Origin: Desulfurococcales archaeon
GTDB lineage: Archaea; Thermoproteota; Thermoprotei_A; Sulfolobales; NBVN01
Direction of reading: 5' to 3'
Length of the DNA: 60,567 nucleotides
NCBI GenBank assembly: GCA_026986435.1
Contig: JALSOP010000022.1
Coordinates: 1 to 60,567 of the forward strand
The notes beneath the pieces were generated by a model. That model worked only from the letters and a program-made list of their open reading frames with translations, searched no databases and had not been told where the DNA came from. The number at the start of each line of letters is the position of its first letter. Within the stretch, counting starts at the first letter, position 1. Of the stretch, positions 52,802 through 60,567 are shown one piece after another. The translations under genes and the position numbers were made by a program.

Positions 52802-53612
52802 TCTCGCGGAGGAGTGGGCTGAGCTCCCACGAGTGCAGAGGATTACCTCGCGAGTCGTAGAAGACCTCGAGAACTGTTAAGAGTTTTCCAGTTCTCTCTA
52901 TGACCGTCCTTAGGAACCTCCTCAACGCCACTACCTGCTCCTGCGGGGGGTACCTGTGAGGGACGATCCTCCTCCCGCGGATCTCCCATCCATGTATATG
53001 AGTTAGTTCCACACTTTCCCAGACGCTCGGCGGCAAGGACTCAGTTACTAAGTTCACTAATCCCTCCCAGTCCTCATCCCCCTCTCTAAACACCTCGGCT
53101 ACGAGCTGCGCTATGTCGAGGCATACACCCACTCCCTCAGCCTCATCTATGAGTAACCCTATCGTTGATAGATTGCCGCAGCAGGGGCCGGAGGTCGTCT
53201 CTACGACGATCTTGGTTGCTGTCTCCTTCGCTAACCTAGTCAAGGTATTCGCCGCGGTTTCAATGCATCTTAGACTGTTCCTACACTCTAAGGACGCTGT
53301 GGTTACGTGGAGCACGAAGTACTGGGGCTCGGCTTTGTCCAGGACAGAAATAGCCCTCCTGATGTATTTGAGAGTGCCCTCCCTTATCTCGGGGACCGGT
53401 GAAGCCAGGTTAACATCTCGCCAAGGCAGGTGTATGCCGAGATAGTAGCTGTTGGAGAAATCAGAGAGGGCGTTCACATCGATCTCTCGCTCGTCAAGTA
53501 GGGGGTACTCTATACTGACCTCTGCGCCATCGAAACCCGCCAGCACTGTCTTATTAAGGGACTCATAGGGGTCCAGGAGTTCCTTATACCAGAGCGAGCC
53601 AAGGAACCTCAT
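52785..53612 (-). CDS. xylose-isomerase-like TIM-barrel protein (sugar-phosphate isomerase/epimerase or AP-endonuclease-2 superfamily)
   Basis: 275 aa with alternating beta/alpha pattern and conserved acidic and His positions (HLPW, VLHV, VVET). The family-level call is tentative. Confidence 0.45.
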   Translation of the reverse strand: MRFLGSLWYKELLDPYESLNKTVLAGFDGAEVSIEYPLLDEREIDVNALSDFSNSYYLGIHLPWRDVNLASPVPEIREGTLKYIRRAISVLDKAEPQYFVLHVTTASLECRNSLRCIETAANTLTRLAKETATKIVVETTSGPCCGNLSTIGLLIDEAEGVGVCLDIAQLVAEVFREGDEDWEGLVNLVTESLPPSVWESVELTHIHGWEIRGRRIVPHRYPPQEQVVALRRFLRTVIERTGKLLTVLEVFYDSRGNPLHSWELSPLLREIARGL

Positions 53613-53629
53613 CTCTCCCTTACCCTCCC

Positions 53630-54733
53630 TTACCCAACAACTCGCTCCAGCACCTCCGCCACGACCTCAGCGGGGTCATCCAGCCCCTTAAGGAGGGCCG
53701 CAGTATTCTTCCTGAGATCTCTGGCCCTTGCCAGGAATTCCCTGGCTTCCTCGTCACTCCTTACCCAGAAGAGGGGGAACCCATGCCTCGATATACACTC
53801 ATCGACGTACAGCCTCCTTGGGTAATATATGGCTGCGGGTGTGCCGTAGAGCGCTGCCTCCCTCGCCATACTAGCACCGCCCGTAATTACTGCGTGGGCG
53901 TGTCCCGTGAGTGATGCCCCATCGTAGTGCCCCAAGAGTACATGAACACGGTCCCCCACCTCTTTCCTCAGGGACTTAGCCCTCCTCACGTGAGCCGTGT
54001 ACCTCGGTATTATCACAACGTCCATACCCATCTCCTCACACACAAACCTTGCTAGCTCCCACGGGTCGACCGATGCCTTCACATCCCTGTAATACGTCGC
54101 CATAAACTCATGAGGTCTGATAACGACGTACTTCCCAGGCTCTAGGCCGATGCCCTTGACATACGACTCCTTAGGTTTTACGCGGAGCACCCAGCTCAGT
54201 TCGTCGAAGCCGTTATACTGGATCACCGCAGAGCCCTCCATCAGGTACTTCATGATGGCGTCTGGAGGAATACATGAAGAGAACACTGCCGCCCGGGCCA
54301 GGGGGAGAGCCAGCCTGGAGGGTATCACCGCGTGAGGAGAGTCCGTCATAGCCACGTAACTTATGCTGAGCCCGTAAGCCACCTTTGCTGCAGGCGGGTT
54401 CGGGTACGCGAGGAGGGCATCAGGCCTGAAACCCCACACCAGCCTAGCCAGACCCGCTTCCCTCTCAGCATCCGCTACAACCTTGTCTACTGGCTCACCC
54501 TCTGCGTACTTCCCTATGACGTGCACCTCTATCCCTAATCGCCGGGCGGCCCCGGCAGTTGATTCGTATTCTCTGGCAGTGAAGAGAACCTCGTGCCCCC
54601 TCTCCACCAGGTATCTTGCTATGAAGCCAAACATTGTTGCCTGCTTCGGCGTCATCACGTCTATCCATACCCTCAAATCACTGGCCCGGCTTACCCGGGA
54701 CTGCATGCAATATTTCTTTTTCGACATACCCAT
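53630..54733 (-). CDS. DUF354 family protein (GT-B-like fold, glycosyltransferase/epimerase-like)
   Basis: RVWIDVMTPKQATMFGFIARYLVERGHEVLFTAREYESTAGAARRLGIEVHVIGKY matches my recollection of the DUF354 N-terminus. It is divergent from glmM. Confidence 0.55.
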   Translation of the reverse strand: MGMSKKKYCMQSRVSRASDLRVWIDVMTPKQATMFGFIARYLVERGHEVLFTAREYESTAGAARRLGIEVHVIGKYAEGEPVDKVVADAEREAGLARLVWGFRPDALLAYPNPPAAKVAYGLSISYVAMTDSPHAVIPSRLALPLARAAVFSSCIPPDAIMKYLMEGSAVIQYNGFDELSWVLRVKPKESYVKGIGLEPGKYVVIRPHEFMATYYRDVKASVDPWELARFVCEEMGMDVVIIPRYTAHVRRAKSLRKEVGDRVHVLLGHYDGASLTGHAHAVITGGASMAREAALYGTPAAIYYPRRLYVDECISRHGFPLFWVRSDEEAREFLARARDLRKNTAALLKGLDDPAEVVAEVLERVVG

Positions 54734-54749
54734 TATGTGGTGTCAAGCG

Positions 54750-56123
54750 ATGAAAAGGCTATTCGGCACCGACGGAGTTAGGGGGATTGTTAACGAGTGG
54801 TTCACGCCTGAGCGTGCCTTGCGGCTGGGGCTCGCCATCGGGTCATACTTCGGTGAGGGCGCGGAGATAGTTGTTGGTAGGGATGCCAGGGCGGGCAACG
54901 AGTTCATGGTGAGGGCGGTGATGGCTGGGCTGATTTCCAGCGGGCTCAGGGTTTATGATGCTGGGCTCCTGCCAACGCCAGCACTGCAGTACAACGTCCG
55001 TAGGAGATGGTTCGAGGGTGGTGTGATGATAACAGCGTCCCATAATCCGCCGGAGTACGTTGGCGTGAAGGTCGTGCTTAGCGACGGTGTCGAGGCACCG
55101 AGAGAGGTTGAGGCGGAGATCGAGAGGGCGTACTGGGAGGAGAGATTTAGGAGGGTGAGCTGGGCTTCCCTGGGCGAGAGGGTGAGAAGGTTAGATGATG
55201 CTATTGATTTCTATGTTGACGGCATTGCGTCCCAGGTAGATGACGAGCTCATAAGGTGGAGGGAATGGAGGGTAGTTGTCGACGCAGCCAATAACGTCGG
55301 CGCCTTAACCACGCCGAGGGTACTTCGGAGGCTCGGTGCAAAGGTCCTAACGATAAACTCAGACCTCTCCCACATACCTTACAGGGAACCGGAGCCGCTT
55401 CCCAACACGCTGAAGGATACCTCTAGGATAGTTACGGCTGTAGGAGCGGATTTCGGGGTCGCCCACGACGGGGATGCGGACAGGGCCATATTCATAGACG
55501 ACCAGGGGAGGGTGATGCCCGGGGACAGGAGCGCTGCTCTACTCTGTAAGCACATCGCTAAGACCAGGCCCGGCCTGCCGAGGAGAGTGGTGACGGCGGT
55601 CTCATCGAGCACCCTTATCGAGGAATACCTCCGATCCTCGGGCATCGAGGTTGTGTGGACCCGTGTGGGCTCGATAGTGATAGCGAGGAAGATGATGGAG
55701 ATAGGTGCACTGGCGGGGTTCGAGGAGAACGGTGGCTTCATGTTCCCGCCGCACCAGTACGTGAGGGACGGCGCCATGACTACGGCGCTCATGCTGGAGT
55801 TCCTGGCGAGGGAGAGGGTGAAGCTGTCTGAGGCGTACGACTCCTTGCCCAAGAGGTACCTAATCAAGGATAAGCTGCCGCTACCTGACAGGGAGGTGGT
55901 GCCCAAGATTCTTGAGGCCGTGAAGTCTATGCTGGAGGGCGCCAGGTTCATTGAGGTTGACGGAGTCAAGGCGATATGGAACGGTAACTGGGTTCTGGTG
56001 AGGCCCTCAGGTACTGAGCCGGTGCTGAGGATCTTTGTTGAGTCACCGACTGAGAAGGAGGCCGAGGAGCTGCTTAGGAAGATAAAATTAGAGATAATGA
56101 AGGTACTTGGTGCGGGGCAATGA
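54750..56123 (+). CDS. glmM: phosphoglucosamine/phosphomannomutase (alpha-D-phosphohexomutase family)
   Basis: MKRLFGTDGVRGIVNE..., active-site TASHNPPEY and metal loop HDGDADR. The track ORF starts at 54483, but that extension is antisense to the DUF354 gene. Confidence 0.9.
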   Translation: MKRLFGTDGVRGIVNEWFTPERALRLGLAIGSYFGEGAEIVVGRDARAGNEFMVRAVMAGLISSGLRVYDAGLLPTPALQYNVRRRWFEGGVMITASHNPPEYVGVKVVLSDGVEAPREVEAEIERAYWEERFRRVSWASLGERVRRLDDAIDFYVDGIASQVDDELIRWREWRVVVDAANNVGALTTPRVLRRLGAKVLTINSDLSHIPYREPEPLPNTLKDTSRIVTAVGADFGVAHDGDADRAIFIDDQGRVMPGDRSAALLCKHIAKTRPGLPRRVVTAVSSSTLIEEYLRSSGIEVVWTRVGSIVIARKMMEIGALAGFEENGGFMFPPHQYVRDGAMTTALMLEFLARERVKLSEAYDSLPKRYLIKDKLPLPDREVVPKILEAVKSMLEGARFIEVDGVKAIWNGNWVLVRPSGTEPVLRIFVESPTEKEAEELLRKIKLEIMKVLGAGQ

Positions 56124-56524
56124 GGTACCAACTCCTCGACCTAATAAGGTGCCCATACTGCGGCCATTACCCGCTGGAGCTGATCGTCATAGAGAAGCGC
56201 GAAGTCAACAAGGCATACAACGTGAAGAAGCCCTTCTGCAGCAAGTACTGCTCCTACCTGGGTAAATTCGTTGATGAGTTAGAGGACACACCTGACTGTG
56301 ACTCATGCCTGAGGGTAGAGATAGTTACGGGGGTGATCAGGTGTGGTAAGTGCGGTGCGTGGTTTCCAGTGATTAACTCCATACCTGAGATGTACCCGCT
56401 GAAGATGAGGGCTAGGAAGAGGGCTAAGAGGGAGAAAGAGTTCCTTGAGAAGATAAAAGGTGTCGTGCCCTCTGAGACCTATGAGAGCTTGAGGCGCTGG
56501 TTTGAGGAGAACGTGGAGAGGTAA
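56120..56524 (+). CDS. Trm112-like Zn-ribbon protein
   Basis: LLDLIRCPYCG...GVIRCGKCGAWFPVINSIPEM is a Trm112/UPF0434-like split ribbon, with an inserted Cys-rich segment and a basic tail. Its start overlaps the glmM stop. Confidence 0.6.
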   Translation: MRYQLLDLIRCPYCGHYPLELIVIEKREVNKAYNVKKPFCSKYCSYLGKFVDELEDTPDCDSCLRVEIVTGVIRCGKCGAWFPVINSIPEMYPLKMRARKRAKREKEFLEKIKGVVPSETYESLRRWFEENVER

Positions 56525-56529
56525 CGCCT

Positions 56530-56997
56530 TCAGAACCTCCTACGCCTTTTCCTACCCCTCATTAGGGGGAGCGTGCTGACGTTGTCCTCTGCCTTTATTC
56601 TCTCCTTGACATCATCAACAGCTTTCTTGAGGTCCTCTATCTCCTCCTGAGGGAGCTTATTTGCCTCCAAGAACTCCTTCCCTATCGACGTCAGCCTCAC
56701 CTTTCTGTTTATTGGGTTGGTCTCGGCTAGGTCTAGGTACAGGAGGATTCGCACGTCCTCCAGCACCTCGCGGCTACTTGGTTCGTCGCCTATCGTTATG
56801 AAGTTGTAGCCCAGGTCTATGCCCTTCTCCTTGAGTGTGTGGAGTAGCTTAACGATCCCTTTCTCGCTGAGTTCGCCTACCCAGTCAAGGATGTGCAGGA
56901 GCTTGAGCTTTCTCTTATCTTGCTTAACGTCGTCCACGGTTACTACGGGGACAGTAACTATCCTTAGTTCCTTCCCACCCTTACTTGGCTGGGACAA
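56530..56997 (-). CDS. hypothetical protein with basic C-terminal tail
   Basis: 155 aa ending RGRKRRRRF. It is divergent from the TIP49 gene. Confidence 0.45.
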   Translation of the reverse strand: MSQPSKGGKELRIVTVPVVTVDDVKQDKRKLKLLHILDWVGELSEKGIVKLLHTLKEKGIDLGYNFITIGDEPSSREVLEDVRILLYLDLAETNPINRKVRLTSIGKEFLEANKLPQEEIEDLKKAVDDVKERIKAEDNVSTLPLMRGRKRRRRF

Positions 56998-57107
56998 CGT
57001 ATCACCCTTATTCCATTATCCTGGGTGTTCCCTAATAACCTAACCTATCCGTGGAGAGAAAACTATAACCCGAGCGCATCTGAAAGATAGCCTACGGGGA
57101 TCGGGAA

Positions 57108-58472
57108 ATGGTCGAGATCCGTGAACTCGAGGTCAGGCATAGGGCGGCCGCTGTATCGTCTCTACACAGCCACATAAGGGGTCTCGGCCTTGACGAGAAC
57201 GGTAACCCACTGAGAGTGGCTGACGGGCTGGTAGGGCAGGTGGAGGCCAGGAAAGCAGCGGGGATCGTGGTGGAGATGATAAGGGCCGGGATGATGACCG
57301 GCAAGGGCATCCTCTTCGTTGGACCGCCTGGGACAGGGAAGACTGCGCTGGCGGTCGCGATAGCCAGGGAACTCGGGGAGGACACCCCCTTTGTCTCCAT
57401 AAGTGGTGCCGAGATCTACTCGGCAGAGATCAAGAAGACGGAGGCCCTCATGAGAGCTGTGAGGAAGGCCATGGGTGTGAGGATACGGGAGGAGAGGGAG
57501 GTCTATGAGGGCGTTGTTGAGGAACTAAAGATTCGGTTCGTTAGGAACCCGTTCAACCCATATGTGAGGGTGCCGGTTGAGGCAAGGATCACGCTTGCAA
57601 CAAAGGACGATCGAAAGACCCTGTCCGTTGGTGAGGAGATAACCACTCAGCTCGTCGAACTCCGCATTAAGAAGGGTGACATAATCCAGATTGATGCAGA
57701 AACAGGCATAGTCACTAGGATAGGTCGGGCTAAGGACTTTGCCTCAAGACGCAGGTTCGACATAGAGGTTAGGAGGGAGGTCGAGGTACCAAAGGGGTCT
57801 GTGAAGAAGGTGAAGGAGATAACGAGGCTTGTGACTCTCCACGACCTGGACCTCGTGGTGGCCAGCAGGAGGATAACGTTCTCAGCCCTCTTCGGCGTTG
57901 AGCTGGAGAAGGAGATCGATGATGAGGTGAGGAAGAATGTCAACCAGCTAGTGAAGAAGATGATTGATGAGGGTAAGGCCGAGATGGTCCCGGGAGTGCT
58001 GTTCATAGACGATGCCCACATCCTCGACTTAGAGGCATTCACTTTCCTCACGAAGGTGCTTGAGAGCGAGTTCTCGCCTATACTGATACTAGCGACAAAC
58101 AGGGGGATATCTAAGATAAGGGGGACAGATATCGAGTCCCCGCACGGGATACCGCTCGACCTGCTTGATAGGCTACTCATAATCCCCACGAGACCCTACA
58201 CGAGGGACGAGATCCTCGAAATAGTTAGGATAAGGGCTGATGAGGAAGGAATAAAACTCTCGGATGACGCACTCCAGAGACTTGCTGACCTGGGAGAGGA
58301 GAAGAGCCTGAGATACGCCGTACAGCTACTGATACCGGCCAAGATAATTGCTGAGAGGAGGGGTAGAGATGAAGTGACTAGGGATGATGTCAATGAAGCA
58401 GCATCAATCTTCGCCGATGTTAAGGAGAGCACAGAGTTAGTGAGGAAATATGAGGAGCTGTTTATGAAGTAA
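57108..58472 (+). CDS. TIP49 / RuvB-like AAA+ ATPase (Pontin/Reptin homologue)
   Basis: HSHIRGLGLDENG..., Walker A GILFVGPPGTGKTALA, inserted OB-like domain II, Walker B VLFIDDAH. Confidence 0.9.
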   Translation: MVEIRELEVRHRAAAVSSLHSHIRGLGLDENGNPLRVADGLVGQVEARKAAGIVVEMIRAGMMTGKGILFVGPPGTGKTALAVAIARELGEDTPFVSISGAEIYSAEIKKTEALMRAVRKAMGVRIREEREVYEGVVEELKIRFVRNPFNPYVRVPVEARITLATKDDRKTLSVGEEITTQLVELRIKKGDIIQIDAETGIVTRIGRAKDFASRRRFDIEVRREVEVPKGSVKKVKEITRLVTLHDLDLVVASRRITFSALFGVELEKEIDDEVRKNVNQLVKKMIDEGKAEMVPGVLFIDDAHILDLEAFTFLTKVLESEFSPILILATNRGISKIRGTDIESPHGIPLDLLDRLLIIPTRPYTRDEILEIVRIRADEEGIKLSDDALQRLADLGEEKSLRYAVQLLIPAKIIAERRGRDEVTRDDVNEAASIFADVKESTELVRKYEELFMK

Positions 58473-58830
58473 CCTCGTTTCCCGCCTCACTCCCTTCAAG
58501 CAGTGCCAAGGCAGACAACCCTATTGGGTCACTAATCTCGACATCCGATACCACGCCCTCGCCAGGTTTTTCTAAAACAACAGTTAAGATCACGTACCTG
58601 CCGACCCTTACAGCCTTAACATTCCGGACATACACACCCCTCCCATCAATTCGGGGCGCCGACCGAGGAATGCTACTATAGCCTCTCCTAAAGAGTCGCT
58701 CGCTCACCCTCCTGTCCAGCCCGGTGGCTACCATAACTATGAGCAGGAGCGAAATCGCTAGTACAAGGTAATCACTCAAGCAGCGCCCCATTGAGTACGG
58801 GTTGACCTCACCTATTCTTAAAAACCTCAC
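58462..58830 (-). CDS. hypothetical single-pass membrane protein
   Basis: 122 aa with one TM helix. It overlaps both neighbours slightly. Confidence 0.35.
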   Translation of the reverse strand: MRFLRIGEVNPYSMGRCLSDYLVLAISLLLIVMVATGLDRRVSERLFRRGYSSIPRSAPRIDGRGVYVRNVKAVRVGRYVILTVVLEKPGEGVVSDVEISDPIGLSALALLEGSEAGNEVTS

Positions 58831-59515
58831 GTATCTTCATCACGAACTCCTTCGCTGAAGCCACAGGATCACTTGCCCGCGTGATAGCCGAGCCCACGAC
58901 TATCACATCAGGAGATACCTCCGCGAGTCGTGGTATGTCCCTGAGCTTAATCCCCCCACTCACCGAGAGGATAGGCACCAACCCTCTGATCTCCGAGATA
59001 AGCCCGAGCAGGTCCGCAATCGAACCTCCTGTCGCTCTCTGAACATCGATCCCCATGTGGATATTCACGGCCTCAACACCTAATGATACGAGTTCCTTAA
59101 CCCTCTCCACGAGACCAACCTCTACATCAACAGTATCTACAATGACAGAGCATCTGATGGGCTCGGCTGCTTGTAAGGCATCTTTTATCGTGGACTTGCT
59201 CGCGCCTCCAAGCACCGTTATCGCTGAGGCACCTTCCTCACAAAACAGCCGGGTCTCGAGTGCTCCGACATCAGCTGTCTTCGTGTCAGCGAGGACTGAG
59301 TACGTGGTCGCTGCCTTCAGGAGTCTCACAACGCGCTTTCCAGCTGATTTAATCAACGGCGTCCCAGCCTCAACAATCACACCCTCACCGAGGCCTGCGC
59401 GGGAAAGAGCCGACGCTAACGATATGGCCCTCCAGTCCTCTGTGAAATCTAGGGCGATTTGAAGCGCTGGGTGAGGTAGTGACCTTAGGTACTGTATTAG
59501 TGGCTTGTTTCTCAC
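58808..59515 (-). CDS. hps: 3-hexulose-6-phosphate synthase-like protein (OMP decarboxylase/HUMPS family)
   Basis: LQIALDF..., IVEAGTPLIKSAGKRVVRLLK, ADTKTADVG, ITVLG, VSGGIK and VVGSAITRASDP match the HPS block order. Confidence 0.75.
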   Translation of the reverse strand: MRNKPLIQYLRSLPHPALQIALDFTEDWRAISLASALSRAGLGEGVIVEAGTPLIKSAGKRVVRLLKAATTYSVLADTKTADVGALETRLFCEEGASAITVLGGASKSTIKDALQAAEPIRCSVIVDTVDVEVGLVERVKELVSLGVEAVNIHMGIDVQRATGGSIADLLGLISEIRGLVPILSVSGGIKLRDIPRLAEVSPDVIVVGSAITRASDPVASAKEFVMKIREVFKNR

Positions 59516-59579
59516 GGGCCAGCCCCTTGGATCATGTGGAACAACATAAAGAGTTGTTCCGGCTGTGTTGGGGTTCGGT

Positions 59580-59585
59580 AAAAAA
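59580..59585 (-). terminator. oligo-T terminator downstream of albA
   Basis: A minus-strand TTTTTT run lies about 40 nt after the albA stop. It is followed by the 8-bp hairpin GGAACAAC-N7-GTTGTTCC (59538-59560). Confidence 0.4.
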
Positions 59586-59625
59586 GTCAGTGCGTGATGT
59601 CAGCCTAGCTAAAGTGGCCCTGGCC

Positions 59626-59922
59626 TTACTCCTTCTTCTCGATGACGATCTCGATGGTGGAGACCCTGGCGGTCCTGCCGTCAGCGGTGCTGACGGTCTG
59701 GCTGCCGATCTTGATCTCCTTGATGTCGACCTTGCCGGGCAGGAACCTGCTCCTCACGATCTCGACGGTGTCAACCGCCTTACTGATGGCCCTGCCCCTG
59801 GCCTTGATGACGATCTCGTTCACTCCCTGGTTCAGCAGGGTTAGGGTTGCCAGGACGTAGTTCATGACGGGCTTCTTACCCACCAGGACCACATTGCTGG
59901 ATATTGGACCGGGCTGCGACAT
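59626..59922 (-). CDS. albA: chromatin protein Alba (Sso10b)
   Basis: ...[49 protein letters not shown]... The strong SD GGAGGTGA lies 5 nt upstream of the ATG. Confidence 0.93.
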   Translation of the reverse strand: MSQPGPISSNVVLVGKKPVMNYVLATLTLLNQGVNEIVIKARGRAISKAVDTVEIVRSRFLPGKVDIKEIKIGSQTVSTADGRTARVSTIEIVIEKKE

Positions 59923-60052
59923 GCCACTTCACCTCCCTACCTTCGTCCAGTTTTTGATTGCATCTTAGATGGGGAGGTTTACAATAAAAGCATTTCCCGG
60001 CAACGCGCTATTATTCCCGGCTAGCATTAATGGAGTTAGAGCGGTGGAGGGA

Positions 60053-60567
60053 GTGAGTGAGGAGAGCCCCACCTTTAGAGTGAGGAGGTGGTTAGAGAGC
60101 GATGACTTCCGAAGGCTTCTTCGGGTTGCCAGATACGTCGGCAGAGAGGGAGGCGCATCTGTTTACGCTCTGGACGTAACAAGGATAAGGGCTAATGGTT
60201 TCGGCGTTGATGACGTACTACTCATACTTGACGAGGTCGGGGCCGATTACGGTCCAGACCTTGTTGACTGGCTAGAGAAGAAGCTCGAGTCAAGGTCGCA
60301 GATATCCGTAACGCTCTCATACGATGGAAAGATGATTTACCTTCGCTCCAGCGACAGGCTCGGGGACATATACACCAGGTATTTGAGGGATATTCTGTGG
60401 TATGATCGAAAGTACAGAGCATTCGTGACCTGGCCTTATAGGTACGTAAACATCGTGATGGCTCTCCGCAGAGCCGGAATAACAAATATCACTGACCTAA
60501 CGGGTCTGGATAAGCACGTAAAGGCCGCCGAAGGCGTCCGTGACTTCGAGATAAGGTTCACTGGAGA
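60053..60567 (+). CDS. XPB/Rad25-like helicase, N-terminal part (runs off window end)
   Basis: The frame is open from 59969 to the window end. ISVTLSYDGKMIYLRSSD...ILWYDRKYRAFVTWPYRYVNIVMALRRAGITNITD resembles the XPB damage-recognition domain (compare the Archaeoglobus XPB ...[24 protein letters not shown] pattern, from memory). The start is uncertain: ATG 59969, GTG 60044 or GTG 60053. Confidence 0.5.
   Translation, partial: MSEESPTFRVRRWLESDDFRRLLRVARYVGREGGASVYALDVTRIRANGFGVDDVLLILDEVGADYGPDLVDWLEKKLESRSQISVTLSYDGKMIYLRSSDRLGDIYTRYLRDILWYDRKYRAFVTWPYRYVNIVMALRRAGITNITDLTGLDKHVKAAEGVRDFEIRFTG

Noticed and set aside
54483-54749. 89-codon N-terminal extension of the glmM ORF in the track
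   Set aside because: The extension is antisense to the DUF354 gene. The conserved mutase N-terminus MKRLFGTDGVRG starts at 54750.
55379-56131. 250-aa minus-strand ORF
   Set aside because: It is antisense to glmM (active-site TASHNPPEY is on the plus strand). It is Ser/Leu-rich with no motifs.
59538-59560. 8-bp perfect hairpin GGAACAAC-N7-GTTGTTCC between albA and the HPS-like gene
   Set aside because: It is most simply part of the albA terminator/HPS promoter region, next to a T6 run and a TATA-like CTCTTTATGT. There is no evidence for a structured ncRNA.
1-60567. Whole-window scan for CRISPR repeats, IS elements or transposases, integrases next to the four tRNA genes, toxin-antitoxin pairs and defence genes
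   Set aside because: I saw no direct-repeat arrays, terminal inverted repeats, recombinase motifs or duplicated tRNA 3' halves. All long ORFs are accounted for by housekeeping functions or small hypotheticals.

Overview
This is a dense, roughly 90% coding core-chromosome segment of a hyperthermophilic crenarchaeon. Supporting evidence is the cdvABC division operon, a cbf5 pre-mRNA intron, Alba, superoxide reductase and CCA-encoding tRNAs. G+C looks mid-50s % by eye. A Desulfurococcales/Pyrodictiaceae-like origin is only a guess. All protein calls rest on motifs recognised by eye and on conserved gene order, because no searches could be run.

The content is almost entirely housekeeping:
- alaS(5' end)/P0-L1-L11/Spt5-SecE-FtsY
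- prefoldin alpha-LX-aIF6-L31e-L39e-PDCD5-like-S19e
- 4 tRNAs, one with an intron, plus archease
- the long minus-strand ribosomal superoperon L22-S3-L29-Rpp29-S17-L14-L24-S4e-L5-S14-S8-L6-L32e-L19e-L18-S5-L30-L15 / SecY-Adk-DUF106-L34e-Cmk-L14e-Cbf5
- a detached uS19 and an inverted L3-L4-L23-L2 block, with rtcB wedged between them
- class II RNR, enolase, type IA topoisomerase, RpoK, thermosome, DRG GTPase, RNase HII, GlmM, TIP49, HPS, Alba and a partial XPB-like helicase

I saw no CRISPR array, IS/transposase, integrase, toxin-antitoxin or recognisable defence genes. I found no convincing new multi-gene system.

The observations most worth a second look:
1. A 24-nt bulge-helix-bulge intron inside cbf5 closely resembles the intron of the tRNA-Glu gene 2.5 kb away.
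2. Five C/D-box sRNA candidates lie in the few intergenic gaps.
3. There is an in-frame Rpp21-YhbY fusion.
4. uL3 carries a Cys-rich insertion of about 40-50 aa.
5. The conserved N-terminus of cdvB has no canonical start codon.
6. An operator-like inverted repeat sits in the thermosome promoter.
7. There are several uncharacterised gene pairs: a DRG-linked Zn-ribbon protein, a degenerate PP-loop protein and an rtcB-coupled ORF.
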